This document shows positions 12,713 through 25,379 of a stretch of DNA of 64,000 bases, one piece after another. Each line of letters starts with the position of its first letter. Position 1 is the stretch's first letter. Source of the DNA: Mytilus trossulus (lineage: Eukaryota); the NCBI RefSeq assembly GCF_036588685.1, contig NC_086375.1, positions 44,020,001 through 44,084,000 of the forward strand, read 5' to 3'. Both the position numbers and the translations under genes were made by a program. The notes beneath the pieces were generated by a model. It worked only from the letters and a program-made list of their open reading frames with translations, was not told where the DNA came from and did no database searches.

Positions 12713-14732
12713 TTATGTCTAAAATAATGAAATCCTTGTGATAAGTAATATGCAACATATTGATTGGTTTTGCAGGAAATTAAACAATGTGTATAGCTTG
12801 TGGTGCTCACTTTCGCCGTAATTTCCATGTTTTCTGTAGTTTATGGTCAGGTCTTTATGTTGGTATTTTTAAGTATACTGATATAACTATATGAAGCTAA
12901 CATCAATAGCAAATATTTTTTAGCTTGAAAACGTGTTTCTTTGAAAAAAATCATCTGAAAAATTAGAGTAAAGACTGTTTGAAATTTCCTGATGTCTTGT
13001 CAAAGGGGGATACATATGACATGATCAAACAAACTTGTTTATCTGGTTGTCTTTTTTTGTTAAATTGAAATGTGAGCATTTCAAATATTTAATGAATTTC
13101 ATAATACTCATTAACTTCTTGTATGAAAAACTATTAAACAAATGTTAGTAGAATTTCTAAATTGTATATATTGCTGTGTATATCATTCCTTGCTTTTAAG
13201 TGTGTGTAATCTAGATAAAAATGTTCTCTGAAAGTGTTTTTGTTCAATGAGTGCCGAAAAAAGTAAAATAACAAAAAATACTGAATTCTAAGGAAAATTC
13301 AAAACGAAAAGTCAATATTAAAACTGCTTGGAAAATATCTATCATATTCCTGACTTAGTACATATATTTCCTTCTGTAGAAAACAATGAATTAAACCTCT
13401 TTTTATAGCTAGATAAATCTCTCACTTAGTATTGTATGATAGTGACATATAATTGTATCATATGGACAACAAAAGATGGACAAAAGATACCAGAGGAACA
13501 TTCATTGCGTGAGCAAAACAAACAGACGTTATAGATATTTAAAAAAAAGAGTAAAATTGGAGTACAGCAGTTAACACCATGCTTTAATCTAAATCTCTAT
13601 AAAACAAATAAAATTGAAACACAATTGCATATAGACAATCAATGGGCAAAATTCATAGGCAAAATGTAAGACAGGAGTATAAACAAATTACCTAAAAAGG
13701 ATTTAACAGGTCAAAATTAAAAATATACAAATACAATAAACATGACCATGACTATAACACCTAAGTAAGCTGATAAACAACGGCAGTACCTATAATCTAT
13801 ACTCCAAGATCATTTCATACGATTTCAAAAGTCCATTCAGTTACAATTCTAAATTACATATTTTCCATCGAGTACGAATATGTTTATTTTAAAAACATAA
13901 ATTGAAAAAAAAAATCGAACCAAGAATGTTTTCACATTCCACAATAACTGGCCCCTATCAATACTAAAGTTTCTACAGTAAGTAATATGCGAATAATATT
14001 TAATTTTTGATTATTTAAAGGATTGTCTGGTTCTTTTTTAATTCTAATTAGCATTTAAATCGTTGAAAGAAACAAATTTTGTATGAAGCATGGAAGCTCT
14101 TTACACAGAGAATGCGTGTCCTTTGACAAATACATAAAGGTACATTAAAGGAACATTCAATTCTTATTTTACACGTCCTTGCTATTACCTTGGCGTTAGA
14201 TTTTAGTTATTTGTATGCTGCCGAGGCGTTGTTGAAATCTTGTCATGAAGAAATAATGCATTTTATTGAAAAATTACGTAATATTTAAATGCATTGAATT
14301 TGTGATGGTTGTCTGGCAGTCAAGTTATGATTCTGATGAAGCATCCTTGTGATCTTATTTTTCGGTTTTCAAAATATGTTAATATACTTACAAAGTAGGT
14401 TTCCTAAAAAAAAAGATTTATTTGTGTACTAAATTATTGCCTAACACAACTTCGATTATTTTTTTAAGAAATTATGAAAGTAAATGATTTTCAAAAAGGT
14501 AGTTTGCTCATTGTTTAAGGCCTTACAGTAACTGATCCTTATCTGCAACTACCCCTATAGTTTAAACTAAAAGCAGTTTAGTTCAGTCTTAATTATTTTA
14601 TTACTGTGGATTAATTTATTTTCTTGGATACAAATGTTCGATGATTGAGGAAAAATTGTAATAGCATGGCAATTTGATTTCGTGGCCAAGTTAAGCATAA
14701 TAGTTATCAAAGGTACCAGGATTATTATTTAG

Positions 14733-14780
14733 TACGCCAGACGCGCGTTTCGTCTACATAAAGACTCATCAGTGACGCTC
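14733..14780 (-). ncRNA. Minimal type-I hammerhead ribozyme, intact core (within element 14700-14790)
   Basis: Minus strand: gagcgtca CTGATGA gtct-ttatgt-agac GAAA c-gcgc-g TC tggcgta. Stem I gcgtca/tggcgt, stem II gtct/agac, very short palindromic stem III, GUC cleavage triplet. Confidence 0.8.
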
Positions 14781-16198
14781 ATATCAAAATCCATAGATTG
14801 CATAAGCCAATAGAAAATGTGTGCTGTAATGGACATTCAAATTCAAGGTTGTCCATAGCCATGAATTCCACGAAAATGGGTATCCTAGGAATAATATTGA
14901 ATCCAAACAATGTGTATTTAACATTTCTTATGTTTATAGATATAAGAGATGTGGTATGAGTGTCAATGATACAACTCTCTTTTCAAGTCACAATATATAA
15001 GAGTAAACTATTATAGTTCAAAGTACGGTCTTCATTGCTACATCGTACTTCAATATGTTAAAAACCAAATACATAACTATAATTTCATCCAAACAATGTG
15101 ATAAACGGTTCAGGAATATTTAAAGGGAACAGTAGATTTTGTAACGTATTTGTAGTACTGTGTAACAGAAGATTTAACACACAAAAAGTCTATTCATTTC
15201 ATCATTGAAATGTGAGATAATTTTACAATAACCAAATGGTTTCTGAACTATTATATATGTAAACCATGATTTGTTATATGTTCATGGTAAAAGTCATAAG
15301 CCAGAATAAAATGTGTAAAATAAAATAAATTGGGAGCATTTTAACTACAAATATTCCTTTATCTAAATAAATAGCAGAAAATCATTTCCGACATACCATA
15401 TGATTACTAGAAATCGAATAAGATATAACACGTTTCGTTGTGTTAGAACTTTTGGAAGATATTTATGCATCTACATGTACTCATGGAGGGGTTCATAAAG
15501 GCAACAGTAGTATAACGCTGTCCGAAAGTCATAAATGGATTGAGAGAAAACAAATCCTTAACATGTATGCTTAATATTTGTTATAGGCTTTGGTTTTGTG
15601 TCAGCTTTTAAATTATATACTATATACATTTGTAGCTATAAAATATAAAACAGATACCGATTTCATGTTTTAAATGTGTTTTTCTTTCGTTTTGTTGTTT
15701 TTCAACACATATAGTACAAGTAGTTAAACTTTCTAATCTGGAATTAAAAACTGAAAATAAAAAAAAGAAATGGATTTTTTTGTATTCAGTTGTTCTTTCC
15801 AAATTAATACCTGGACATCTTATACATATCAAGTAATGAAACCGTCAACATGATCACTTAAAAACAATTTAAGTAAGGTGCGCGTTCATCTAACAAGGTT
15901 GTTGATGTTGAGGTGGAATGCTACACGACCCGCCTACGTCCACTCTGTGTGTTTGTTTTATGAATTACTATTTATATCCATCTGACGAGTTAAGCCTTTT
16001 TCAACTGATTTTTATAGTTTGTTCTTATGTTGAACTGAGTCTGTTACACCACTGTCCCATGTTAGGGGAGGATTGATGCCTTCAACTGAACTTAATAACT
16101 TCGTCACATTCTGCATGTGCATGCCTGTCTCAAGTCAGGAGTCTGTAATTCAGTAGTTGTCGTTTGTTGCTGTGTAACATAATTGTTGTTCGTTCATT

Positions 16199-16527
16199 TT
16201 TTTATGTCTCATTTATGGTCATTATGTTTTCTGGTCTGTGCGTCCATCTGTTCGTTCATTCGTCTGTTCTTCCATTCGATCGTCTGTTCTTCCGTTCATT
16301 ATTCCGTCAGGCTGTCCCGCTTCAGGTTAAATTTTTTGTTTTGGTTGAGGTAATTTTTGATGAAGTTGAAGTCCGATCTACTTGAAACTAAGTACACATG
16401 TTCCCTACGACATGCTCTTTCTAATTGTAATGCCAAATTAGAGATTTTTCCACATTTTCACGGTCCATTGAACATAGAAAATAATAGTGCGGATGGGGTA
16501 CCCGTGTACTTTGGACACATTCTTGTT
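16199..16527 (+). mobile_element. Helentron/HINE-like non-autonomous element (related copies 33930-34072, 36380-36795, 51871-52150 on minus strand)
   Basis: ttttatg start, tccg/ttcg-type microsatellite, conserved body gaagttgaagtcc...acttgaaact, 3' end cattcttgtt; several dispersed copies. Confidence 0.6.
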
Positions 16528-17012
16528 ATTAATTAATTAGGCCGTTAGTTTTTAGATTGAATTGTTTATACTTTTCATGTTATGGCATTTTTAAGCCGAC
16601 AATAGGGTAATTGGTTTTCTCATTGTTGAAGGCCGTACGGTTGCATATAATTGCTTACATCCTCTACACTGAACGTCGTCTTATTTCCATTAAAAAATCA
16701 TAAAAGATATAGACGTGAATACAAGAGCATGTAAAAAGAAACAACACAAAGAACAAACGAAGCAACGCATAAAAAAGAAACATAGAAACAAACCCAACAA
16801 TCAAGATTTATAAAAAGAGATTCTACCATATTATCCAAAGTTCATTATAAGCTATGGTAGTTATGGACTTCTGAAATTATTCATATAAACAATTTTTATA
16901 CTAGTATCATACAATGTAAACATATTTTTATTTGGTCGGGTTGTTGTCTCTTTGACACATTCCCCATTTCCATTTTCAATTTTATTGTTAAAAGAATCTA
17001 TGAATCTTGATG

Positions 17013-17300
17013 AAAAGTAAAATCTCAAATATACTGAACTCCGAGGAAAATTCAAAAAGGAAAGTCTCTAATCAAATGGCAAAATCAAAAGCTCATACAC
17101 ATCAAACAGATGGATAACAACTGCCATATTCCTGACTTGGTACAGGCATTTTCTCATGTAGAAAATGGTGGATTGAACCTAGTTTTATAGGTAGATAAAC
17201 CTCTAAATTGTATGACAGTCGCATACAACTCATTATATTGACAAAGATGCGTGAACAAAACAAAAAGACACACTGTCAAAATTAGGGAACAGCAGTCAAT
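17013..17300 (+). repeat. Abundant dispersed repeat (aaaagtaaaa...atactgaactccgaggaaaattcaaa...), also at 4285-4560, 13258-13530, 20570-20910(-), 25095-25235
   Basis: Recognisably homologous blocks at several positions in both orientations. Confidence 0.7.
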
Positions 17301-18559
17301 ACTAGTATTGTAATGTCTTCGTAATCACTATGAAAAAAAAACAATGTAACAAAGCATTAGTCATTAAGAACATTTGCGTCAACATAGTTACATCGATACT
17401 TTTGGTACCTTCCCTAACCTGGGACAGTAGTGTAACAATACAACATAATCACAAACTATAAAAAGCAGTTAAAAAGGTTTAACTCATCAGATTGGTACAT
17501 AGAAAACAACAAAAACACATATATTCGATATGTAAATAAAAAGATCACAGAATCAATAGTGAACCAGGTTCAGATTTTTGCGATTGTGCTTATGTTTCGA
17601 TAATTTGTTTTAGAGGAAAAGTATCGAAACATGTCAGGGCTCGCCGTCGCGAAAAAACGTATCTAGTTCGGTGATACTTTACACGAATTGTTTTGACGAG
17701 GTTGTGTCGGCCTACATAGATTTATGTACTGTGGTCGTGAACTTAGAGAAAATGTTAAGTTACGTTGAATTACATCTTGCTAGTCATCACCGGAAGTTAT
17801 TTGAATCGTCTGTCGAGTGCGAATGTCCTGTTTTATTCTTACATAACTAAGTGAAATGTAACTTTGTTGTTTTGTATATTCATCGATAATGATTTACAAG
17901 AAAGTGCACATATCTGCATGCAGTAAATTATTTCGTGATTTGTTTTTATAATCAATGATTTGAAATCCAAGAATAATGTCTTTTTATTAGCAATCTGACT
18001 TTTTTTTTTGTGTGTGTGTAAAAACAATTTAAAATATGCCTGACTTTAAAATTAAAGACTTTTTATCAAACTGGTAGAAATACTGCATATTGTACTTAGA
18101 ATAGTTGTGACATAACTAGTAATACAATACAAAATAGCTCCTTTTTTGGAGTATTACATTTTGAATTCATAAGATATAACTATTAATTGATGCATTTTCT
18201 TATGTTTTAACGGAGGGTTTCGTTATTTTTTCCATCATAATCTATTACAGTTTTTATCTTTGATAAATCTGGCTGCAACCCATGTTCCTGAAAAAGTGTG
18301 TCTATATATATATATATATAAGTAAATATTTTAGTTACTGAACAATTTGGATCGTAGATGTCGGTCAAGATTTTCTTGGAGCTTTGAGATATAGAAATTC
18401 ACTGAATCGTTTAGTTTTGACAACATCTAGAAAATGTGCTGACATTGGAGCCTATACTCTTTTGAAAATTAGCGTTGAAATAGATCCATTGAAGAACTAT
18501 AATTTGATAGAGTGATACAGGAGAAAACACAGCTCATCAAAATAAAAATTGGTTAGTAT

Positions 18560-18715
18560 AGGATTAAACACATTTTTTCTAGAGGTTATTGATGTGTAAA
18601 CCGGGTCTATAACTCACAAACTTGACATAAAAGTCCTTCGGACTTTTATTCAGTTTGTGAGTTAATCGCCCCGGTTTACACATCAATAACCTCTAGAAAA
18701 AATGTGTTTAATCCT
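18560..18715. repeat. Long near-perfect hairpin (MITE-like); same class at 48866-49021 and 55420-55597
   Basis: aggattaaacacattttttctagagg... / ...cctctagaaaaaatgtgtttaatcct with central aaaagtcc-ttc-ggactttt. Confidence 0.8.
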
Positions 18716-19712
18716 TATAATTCTTCAGCCAAACATACACGATTACTAATTTACATTTTTACTTTAATGGCTACTATATGTACCATCAGAAACAAAATGG
18801 CATGTCGTAACTAAGGAGTACGCCGCCATCTTGACCTTCTAAAGAAACTTAAATGTGCGATAAACGCAACAGAATCTAAAATGAAATAGCACCTACCTCA
18901 AAAACTTCATTTTAATTAGATACTACCCGAATATGAAGCGTACAAGTAACGAACTAATCTTCCGTCTGAAAGTTTTCAATCGTATGACGTCGTGTTTTGC
19001 CATGACGTAAATTCGCCAAATCATACGTGAAATTTCCCGGAATTTTATTTAAATTTTATTTTTATACATTTTCGAAGCTTTATTGCATTTTTTTTTTGGG
19101 GGGGGGGGGGGTATATATGCATTAGAATAGAAACAACTGTTATGCAATTGTTTTATAATCTCAACTTGCTGAAAATCCCAATATCCCTGCAAGAATGTGT
19201 ATCGAGCATGAATAGATTACGAAAGTAGTTTCGGAAATATGGTTTATCGAAGTGTAAACCAAGAGAAAAATTCTAATTGACCAATCCAATTCAAGTATTT
19301 ATAGATATGCATATGATATAAGAATTATTCCAATATAATTAAACTTTGTGATTGTCTCATTTTTGAGTTTTTTGAGGTTTTTTTTAGAGAAGACAGAAGA
19401 TTTATAATGGGCATATATGACATTTATATCCCACCACGCATCAAATACTACGGACAAAACCGACTGCAGATTAACGAAATTGTCACTATTAGATATGTTT
19501 TCTGCCTAAAAATGCACACCTTCATATAATATGTAATACTTGAATACTTGAATATTCTTATACAGTCCTTCAATATCGTATTTGGACAATCCATCATAAA
19601 TAATATTACATAGTTATATATCTGATCATTTCATATCCTTGTGGTAAATACGTGCACTTGAACCATAACATTAATTCAATAGTATTTGTGTTTCAACAAC
19701 TAAAAGTTTGTG

Positions 19713-22700
19713 ATGGCGGATAATAGGTTGTCTGATACAACACCCGTAAGTTTATATGATTTAATTTTTTACTAACATTTTAGAAAACGATATTTTTATT
19801 CAGTACAAAGCGAGAATGTCCTATGCATCCAATTGTTACCTTGGTTTACTGTTTTGACAATGGCCTCTACGATTCACACATATATTATACATATAAACAT
19901 ACATGTATATACACCTTGTAATGACATGACATGAAAATTTTCATTTAACCTTTGATATATTTAGAAATAAAAAGATGTTGTGTGATTGCCATATAGACAA
20001 CAATTCATACGATAGGGATGACTGTCCGTCCGTCAACAATGATCAACACACACAGAACAGTTATCTCTGAATGTTAGCGGGCTGATATAATGGGAAACAA
20101 TTAGAGAAAATAATCGGACTGATTTATTCTATCATTATAAATACAAACAAATAAGGCAAACAGAAATCAACGACAAAATCGAAATGACATGTTCCTTGGT
20201 TTGGACAGACGCTTAAGGAATGTAGCGGGGGTTAACATGTTTGTAAGGACCGTATCCTCCCCTAACCTTACTTTTAATTTACAATTGTATGGTATTATGC
20301 GTATTGAACGTCATGAATACCTAACACGAATAAGTAATAAAAAACAAACGCGCGATTCTACATCAGAGTTTATGTTAATCTGACCATGTGTATGTCATCA
20401 AGGAAAGGATTCGGTCCCAATACAATCTTTCGACCCATTATGGTTGAATTTTGCATAGATAAATAAAATCGTATAATAGAAAAGCAAAACGAAGTTGCTT
20501 AATTTAATGCATGCCTTTTAGTGCTTCTTTGTTACATTTGTTTGTTTTATAATGATTAAGATGACAACACTATATTGACTGCTGCATGTATCCCTATTTT
20601 TTACATTTTTACATCGGATACTACTGTGTCTGTTAATATTGTTCACGCATCGTTGTCAATATAATGGAATTTGATCCGACTGTCATACTTATAACACAAT
20701 GTTGACTGCTGTAAGTGAGAGGTTTAGTTAGTTATAAAACCATGTTCAATCCACCATTTTCTACATAAGAAAATGCCTGTACCAAGTCAGGAAAATGACA
20801 GTTGGTATTCATTCGTTTGATGTGTTTGAGCGTTTGATTTTGCCATTTAATTAGGGATTTTCCTTTTTGAATTTTCCTCAGAGTTCAGTATTTTTGAGAC
20901 TCGTTTTACTTTATGCTACAATTACTAGAATGAAATGCTGTTGTGTTGTATATTTTCATGATTTTTTTTTACTATTATAACTACGAAACTGTCTACAAAT
21001 ATACTTGAAAAAATATGCCCATGTCATCGCAGTTTATTTAAGTTTACGTTTTTAACTGAATCTGTATAGTACATGATAGTTATCAAATATACCAGGATTA
21101 TAATTAACTACGCCAGACGCGCGTTTGACATAAGACTCATCAGTGACGCTCATAACAAAATATTTATAAAGCCAAACAAGTACAAAGTTGAAGAGCATTG
21201 AGGATCCAAAATTCCAAAAAGTTGTGCCAAATACGGCTAAGGTAATCTATGCCTGGAATAAGAAAATCCTTAGTTTTTCGAAAAATTCAAAGTTTTGTAA
21301 CAGGAAATTTATTAAAATGACCACATATTCATGTCATGAGTTCTATTATAAGACAGCAGCAATCACTCTCCTCGACATTTCCGTTGATATTGAAAATATC
21401 ATTTAAGACAATTTTTTTGAAAATAGAACACTCGCCAAAATGTAGTGTAAAATACGTCTTGTTTATTATTGTAGATTGTTAATCACGATGATAACACAAC
21501 AACGGAAAGTAAAGAAAATATTTGTCAGGGGAAAATTCCAAATCAACTAAGTAGCTACAAGGAGTTTCGAACGAGGGTCAAATTGTTGTCTCATATTAAA
21601 CTTAAACGAACAGGTGGCTACTTCCACCATCTTGTTGTGTTGGCAATCTCTCCGGTATCTGATGGGGTAGATGCGGTCACCATTGGGCATTACACAACAT
21701 CTGCTGAAATAGGGACGGAGAGTAGTCATGGTATTGGAAAATTTATACAGCAGACGATCTTCATTGGAGAAAACGATACAAACGATATTTTTGATTTTAA
21801 ACAGGGTGTGTATTTAGTTGAAAAGGAGAACTATCCAAAGACAAAAGATGAAATTGAGGAAGCTTTTAATCGTCTCAGCGAAAGAATTGGTGAGAGAATG
21901 TATGAGATATCATCAAATAATTGTGAGCATGCAATCAACTTTATTTTGACCGGAAAGAGCGTCAGTCATCAAGCAGACACCAAAACTTGCTCCCGGATTT
22001 GCTTTATTGATTTGATCAATATTTTGATAATAGATTGTAAAGAAGTAGGACTCAAAACAGCTTTGTTAGTAGCTGCCCTCGGTGCCATTGCTGGTGCATT
22101 GGTGCGAAGAGCTTACGTAAAAATAATTGTTGCAGCTATTGTCAGCCTTACCGTTGAAAGTAGTATCATTAAATGTGGTGACACAAGGGGAAGTAATTTA
22201 CGCAAAGAAGCCGATATCAGAATAGATTTGGCTGCGCATGTGCCCGATATAAAACGTGTTCTTAGCAAATCCAGTATTGCTATCCTTGACAACATGAAGA
22301 ATCACACTGATACTACTTTTGTTTGTAACATTGCAGAGAAACTTATCTATGAAGCAGCGTTGAAGGCGAGTTTGGCGACTGTTACTGTCGCTATAGGAAT
22401 TGAATCAATATTATTTTTGTCTTTTGTGTTTTACAATTTAATTCCAAGGCGACGAAAGAAAACATTAGATGACCAGCATCTTTGTCGGCTCCTGTTCATG
22501 CATCTGTTTTCAGGATATGGTTCGATCGGACTTGCTGTAGTTTGCGGATATTTCGCTTTTTTAGACTTAAATCGTCCTGCTTTGTCTTTCTTTGGAATTG
22601 TATTTGGCTGTTGTATCGTTTTTCGATATATATTGACTTGTACTTCCGGTTTGGTATTTAACGTCTGCTGTTGTCATGGTTGCTGGATCTGTTTTCAGTC

Positions 22701-22857
22701 AAGCTGTTGTAAATGTTTCGAGGCTTTTTGTCGTTGTAAATGTTATAGGTGTCATTTAAGTACCTTTTGTTTTATTTGTCTGACTGCATTAATCATTATC
22801 TCTGTTGCTTTACTTTTCATTGTGTTCTGGGACGATCGTTCATATCTTCGGATTTAA
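19713..22857 (+). CDS. LRAT/PLAAT-like copy 3, single catalytic domain + multi-TM Cys-rich tail (exons 19713-19745, 21475-22857; ~471 aa)
   Basis: Exon 1 ATG GCG GAT AAT...CCC|gtaagt (MADNRLSDTTP, phase 0, similar to the copy-2 exon 1). Acceptor ttattgtag at 21474 is in frame with ORF 21583..22857. Intact YFHH / VTIGHYT / NNCEH putative His-His-Cys triad. Confidence 0.85.
21076..21327 (-). mobile_element. HHR-bearing retro-element copy (longest in window) in the intron of LRAT-like copy 3; ribozyme damaged
   Basis: Same 3' end (gataactat) and body as 12522-12712. A small deletion removes the stem II 3' arm and changes GAAA to CAAA. Confidence 0.75.
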
Positions 22858-23129
22858 GTCGTAGAGTGAGTATTAAAGAATGCATGAATTGCCTGAATTA
22901 GAAGGGTTCGCGGTGGGCTTGTATAAACTTTCAACAATCGAAATAAGAACATCTTGTCAGAAAAGATTTATTGAAATTAGAATACTAAGGAAGAACGATA
23001 ATTTTGAAGATTAATTTGATAAAATTATGTGATACAAATACCCTAAATGTAAACAAATCATTCGTCGCCCCGGCTCATGGTTTAATTTTCAAGATCTACG
23101 CTTATTCGTTGTATCTATATTACATTATA

Positions 23130-23386
23130 CACTGTAAAAAATATAGCGGAGTTTAAATGGACATGAACGCCCAATCTCACCGTTGTCTAGGTCAGAAATA
23201 AACAATTAGTACCATTTTAAAGGACCTCGACTCACTAGGAGGGTTGACGATGAAATGAAAAATCATAAAAGCAATGTTTACCCTACTTATACATAATTGT
23301 AATTGTATTTATTGTTTATTTCTGCCCTCGACAACGGTGAGATTGGGCTTCATGACCATTTAAACTCAGCTTTAACTTTTACCGTG
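23130..23386. mobile_element. Foldback MITE with CACTG-type terminus (EnSpm/CACTA-like non-autonomous)
   Basis: cactgtaaaaa...gagtttaaatgg...cccaatctcaccgttgtc / gacaacggtgagattggg...ccatttaaactc...ttttaccgtg inverted arms. Confidence 0.6.
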
Positions 23387-24444
23387 TGCCTTTCTTAATC
23401 CAGCAGCCTGTAGTCACAATACTTCTCGTTTGATCTTTTTGGCATTTCAACTTAAAACAGGCAACTTGATTTTCCTTTTGAATTGTTTCACATTTTGTTA
23501 TCCTGGGGTGTTTTGCCTACCAAAGGTTTAAAGTCCAAAATTTTGTCTGGGTGTGTAAGAGGAAGGTTATTCTAAAAAATTCTGTCAAAAACATCAATTT
23601 AGTTTACATGTTATAAAATATGAGTGTGTTGACAAGATTTTTATCTGTAATAAAAACCCGTATACTAATTGCAATTGAAATGTCGAAAAAGGTATGAATA
23701 TTCGATCAAAAAAAGTTATCAGATAATTGTTATTTTATTTTATTTAACTTTTTGAACAACAAATCATAGATGTTTACCTTTACTTATTGAGTTACCCCTA
23801 ACAACTCATAAGAAAGCTATAGGTAATAAGGCTTAAGATATAGCACGTTTATCTTCCAATTCAGTATTTTACAAAAATAATTAAATATGTTTGTGTATAG
23901 ATAGAAAATTCGAATGAATTGAAAATGCTTATGAATTGAAAATGCTTAAATGCTGACTTTGGGAAAACACGTCAGATGAACGGTTCTTTATATTGTATAA
24001 ATAATAACTGTTTAACTAGGTGTTCCCTTATTTTTTTCTTCGTGTTGATTTATTTTTTGAGGCGGAGATTTTCTTTCTATGGGATATGGGTTTTGTTCAT
24101 TGTTGAAGACCGTGACCTGTAGTTGTTAATTTCTGTTTCATTTCAGTGATCTCTTGTATAGAGAGACAGTATATCGACACCAAATATTTTTGTCTTTGGT
24201 GCTTTGTGTTTGTCGGTTGCTGTCTCATTGATCTTTACATCTCTTTTTATTCAAATCGGTTTGTAATGGAGTAATTCAAATGAATAAGAACTATCATGGC
24301 TGTTCTTATCAGTCATGTATCCTTTTTTTTTATAACTAATTTCTCAAAAGAATTCGTATTTAAAAAATATTTAATAAATAGAAAGTTAGTCTTTTGGTCT
24401 TCAAACGTTCGTCTGCCAATATTTTGAAGATAAAAACACTTCGC

Positions 24445-24459
24445 AAGTGAAAGTGAAAC
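24445..24459 (+). promoter_or_regulatory. Candidate IRF-binding element AAGTGAAAGTGAAAC ~0.9 kb upstream of the BTB gene
   Basis: Exact tandem GAAA-GT-GAAA IRF/ISRE consensus; function is inferred only. Confidence 0.35.
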
Positions 24460-25379
24460 GATACTGTTATCTTTCCGAAAAAGCAGAACATATTTGAAAT
24501 TTCAAAAGGACGCTGGGCGTTAAGCAATTTATAAATCATCTCCGTAACCTTTATGCTTGCATAGTTTTATAAGAACAATCTATTTTAATGTAATATATCT
24601 ATTTATCACAATAAAATTTAGAATGGCAGTAGTGAATGTGTCAAAGAAACTACAAAGACCAAAGAGCAGAAAACAGCCGAAGACAACCGATGGGTCTTCA
24701 ACACAAAATTCGGCAGAGTTAAACATATTTTTTGGAGATCTCAACCCACCCTTATACCCTTAGCCAATGTAGAAAAACAGAAATAAGTACAGTAAAACTC
24801 AGTTTGTAAAAAATTCCGAGTCTAATGTCAGAAGAGGTAACACAACAACCTATGCAAAATGGCAATGATACATAAATTAACAAAGGACTACAAGAAGTTA
24901 CTGACATGCCATCTCTAATCCCCAATTATCTTATCCGAGCTTAAGCCTTGACCCAATTTGCCTCATACGATACAGGGATCAAGCTAAGGTAACTGAATAT
25001 AATCCAACTGATAAGTGATATTGCAACGTTAAGCAGGCTGTAACAGGGCTCCTTTTACGATGTGTTTCTGCTATTATAGGTATGCACAAAAAAAAAAGAT
25101 AACAACTGTCATATTCTCATTAAGAAAAATTGTGGATTAAACCTGATTTTATAACTAGCTAACCCGTTCACTTGTAAAGCAGTCGCATAAAATTCCGTTA
25201 AATTGACAACGATTAGTGAACAAAACAAACAGACATATATTTTCACTCAAAAGCCGTTTTTTTAACATCAATTTTGGCACTACCTGACAGACAAAAAAAG
25301 AAATACAAACGACGTGTGCTTCAGAATAACAGAAGAAAGAAGCGTGCAATAGCGTCTTCTTTGAATTCAACTGGAAACC

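Larger units (their letters stand above)
2470..16000 (+). repeat. ~9 kb tandem segmental duplication (approx. 2470-7110 vs 11300-16000) carrying LRAT-like copies 1 and 2
   Basis: Long colinear near-identity of the 3' CDS, 3' UTR and downstream flank (e.g. 3350-4900 vs 12143-13850; 6975-7110 vs 15875-16008), broken by copy-specific insertions. Confidence 0.9.
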
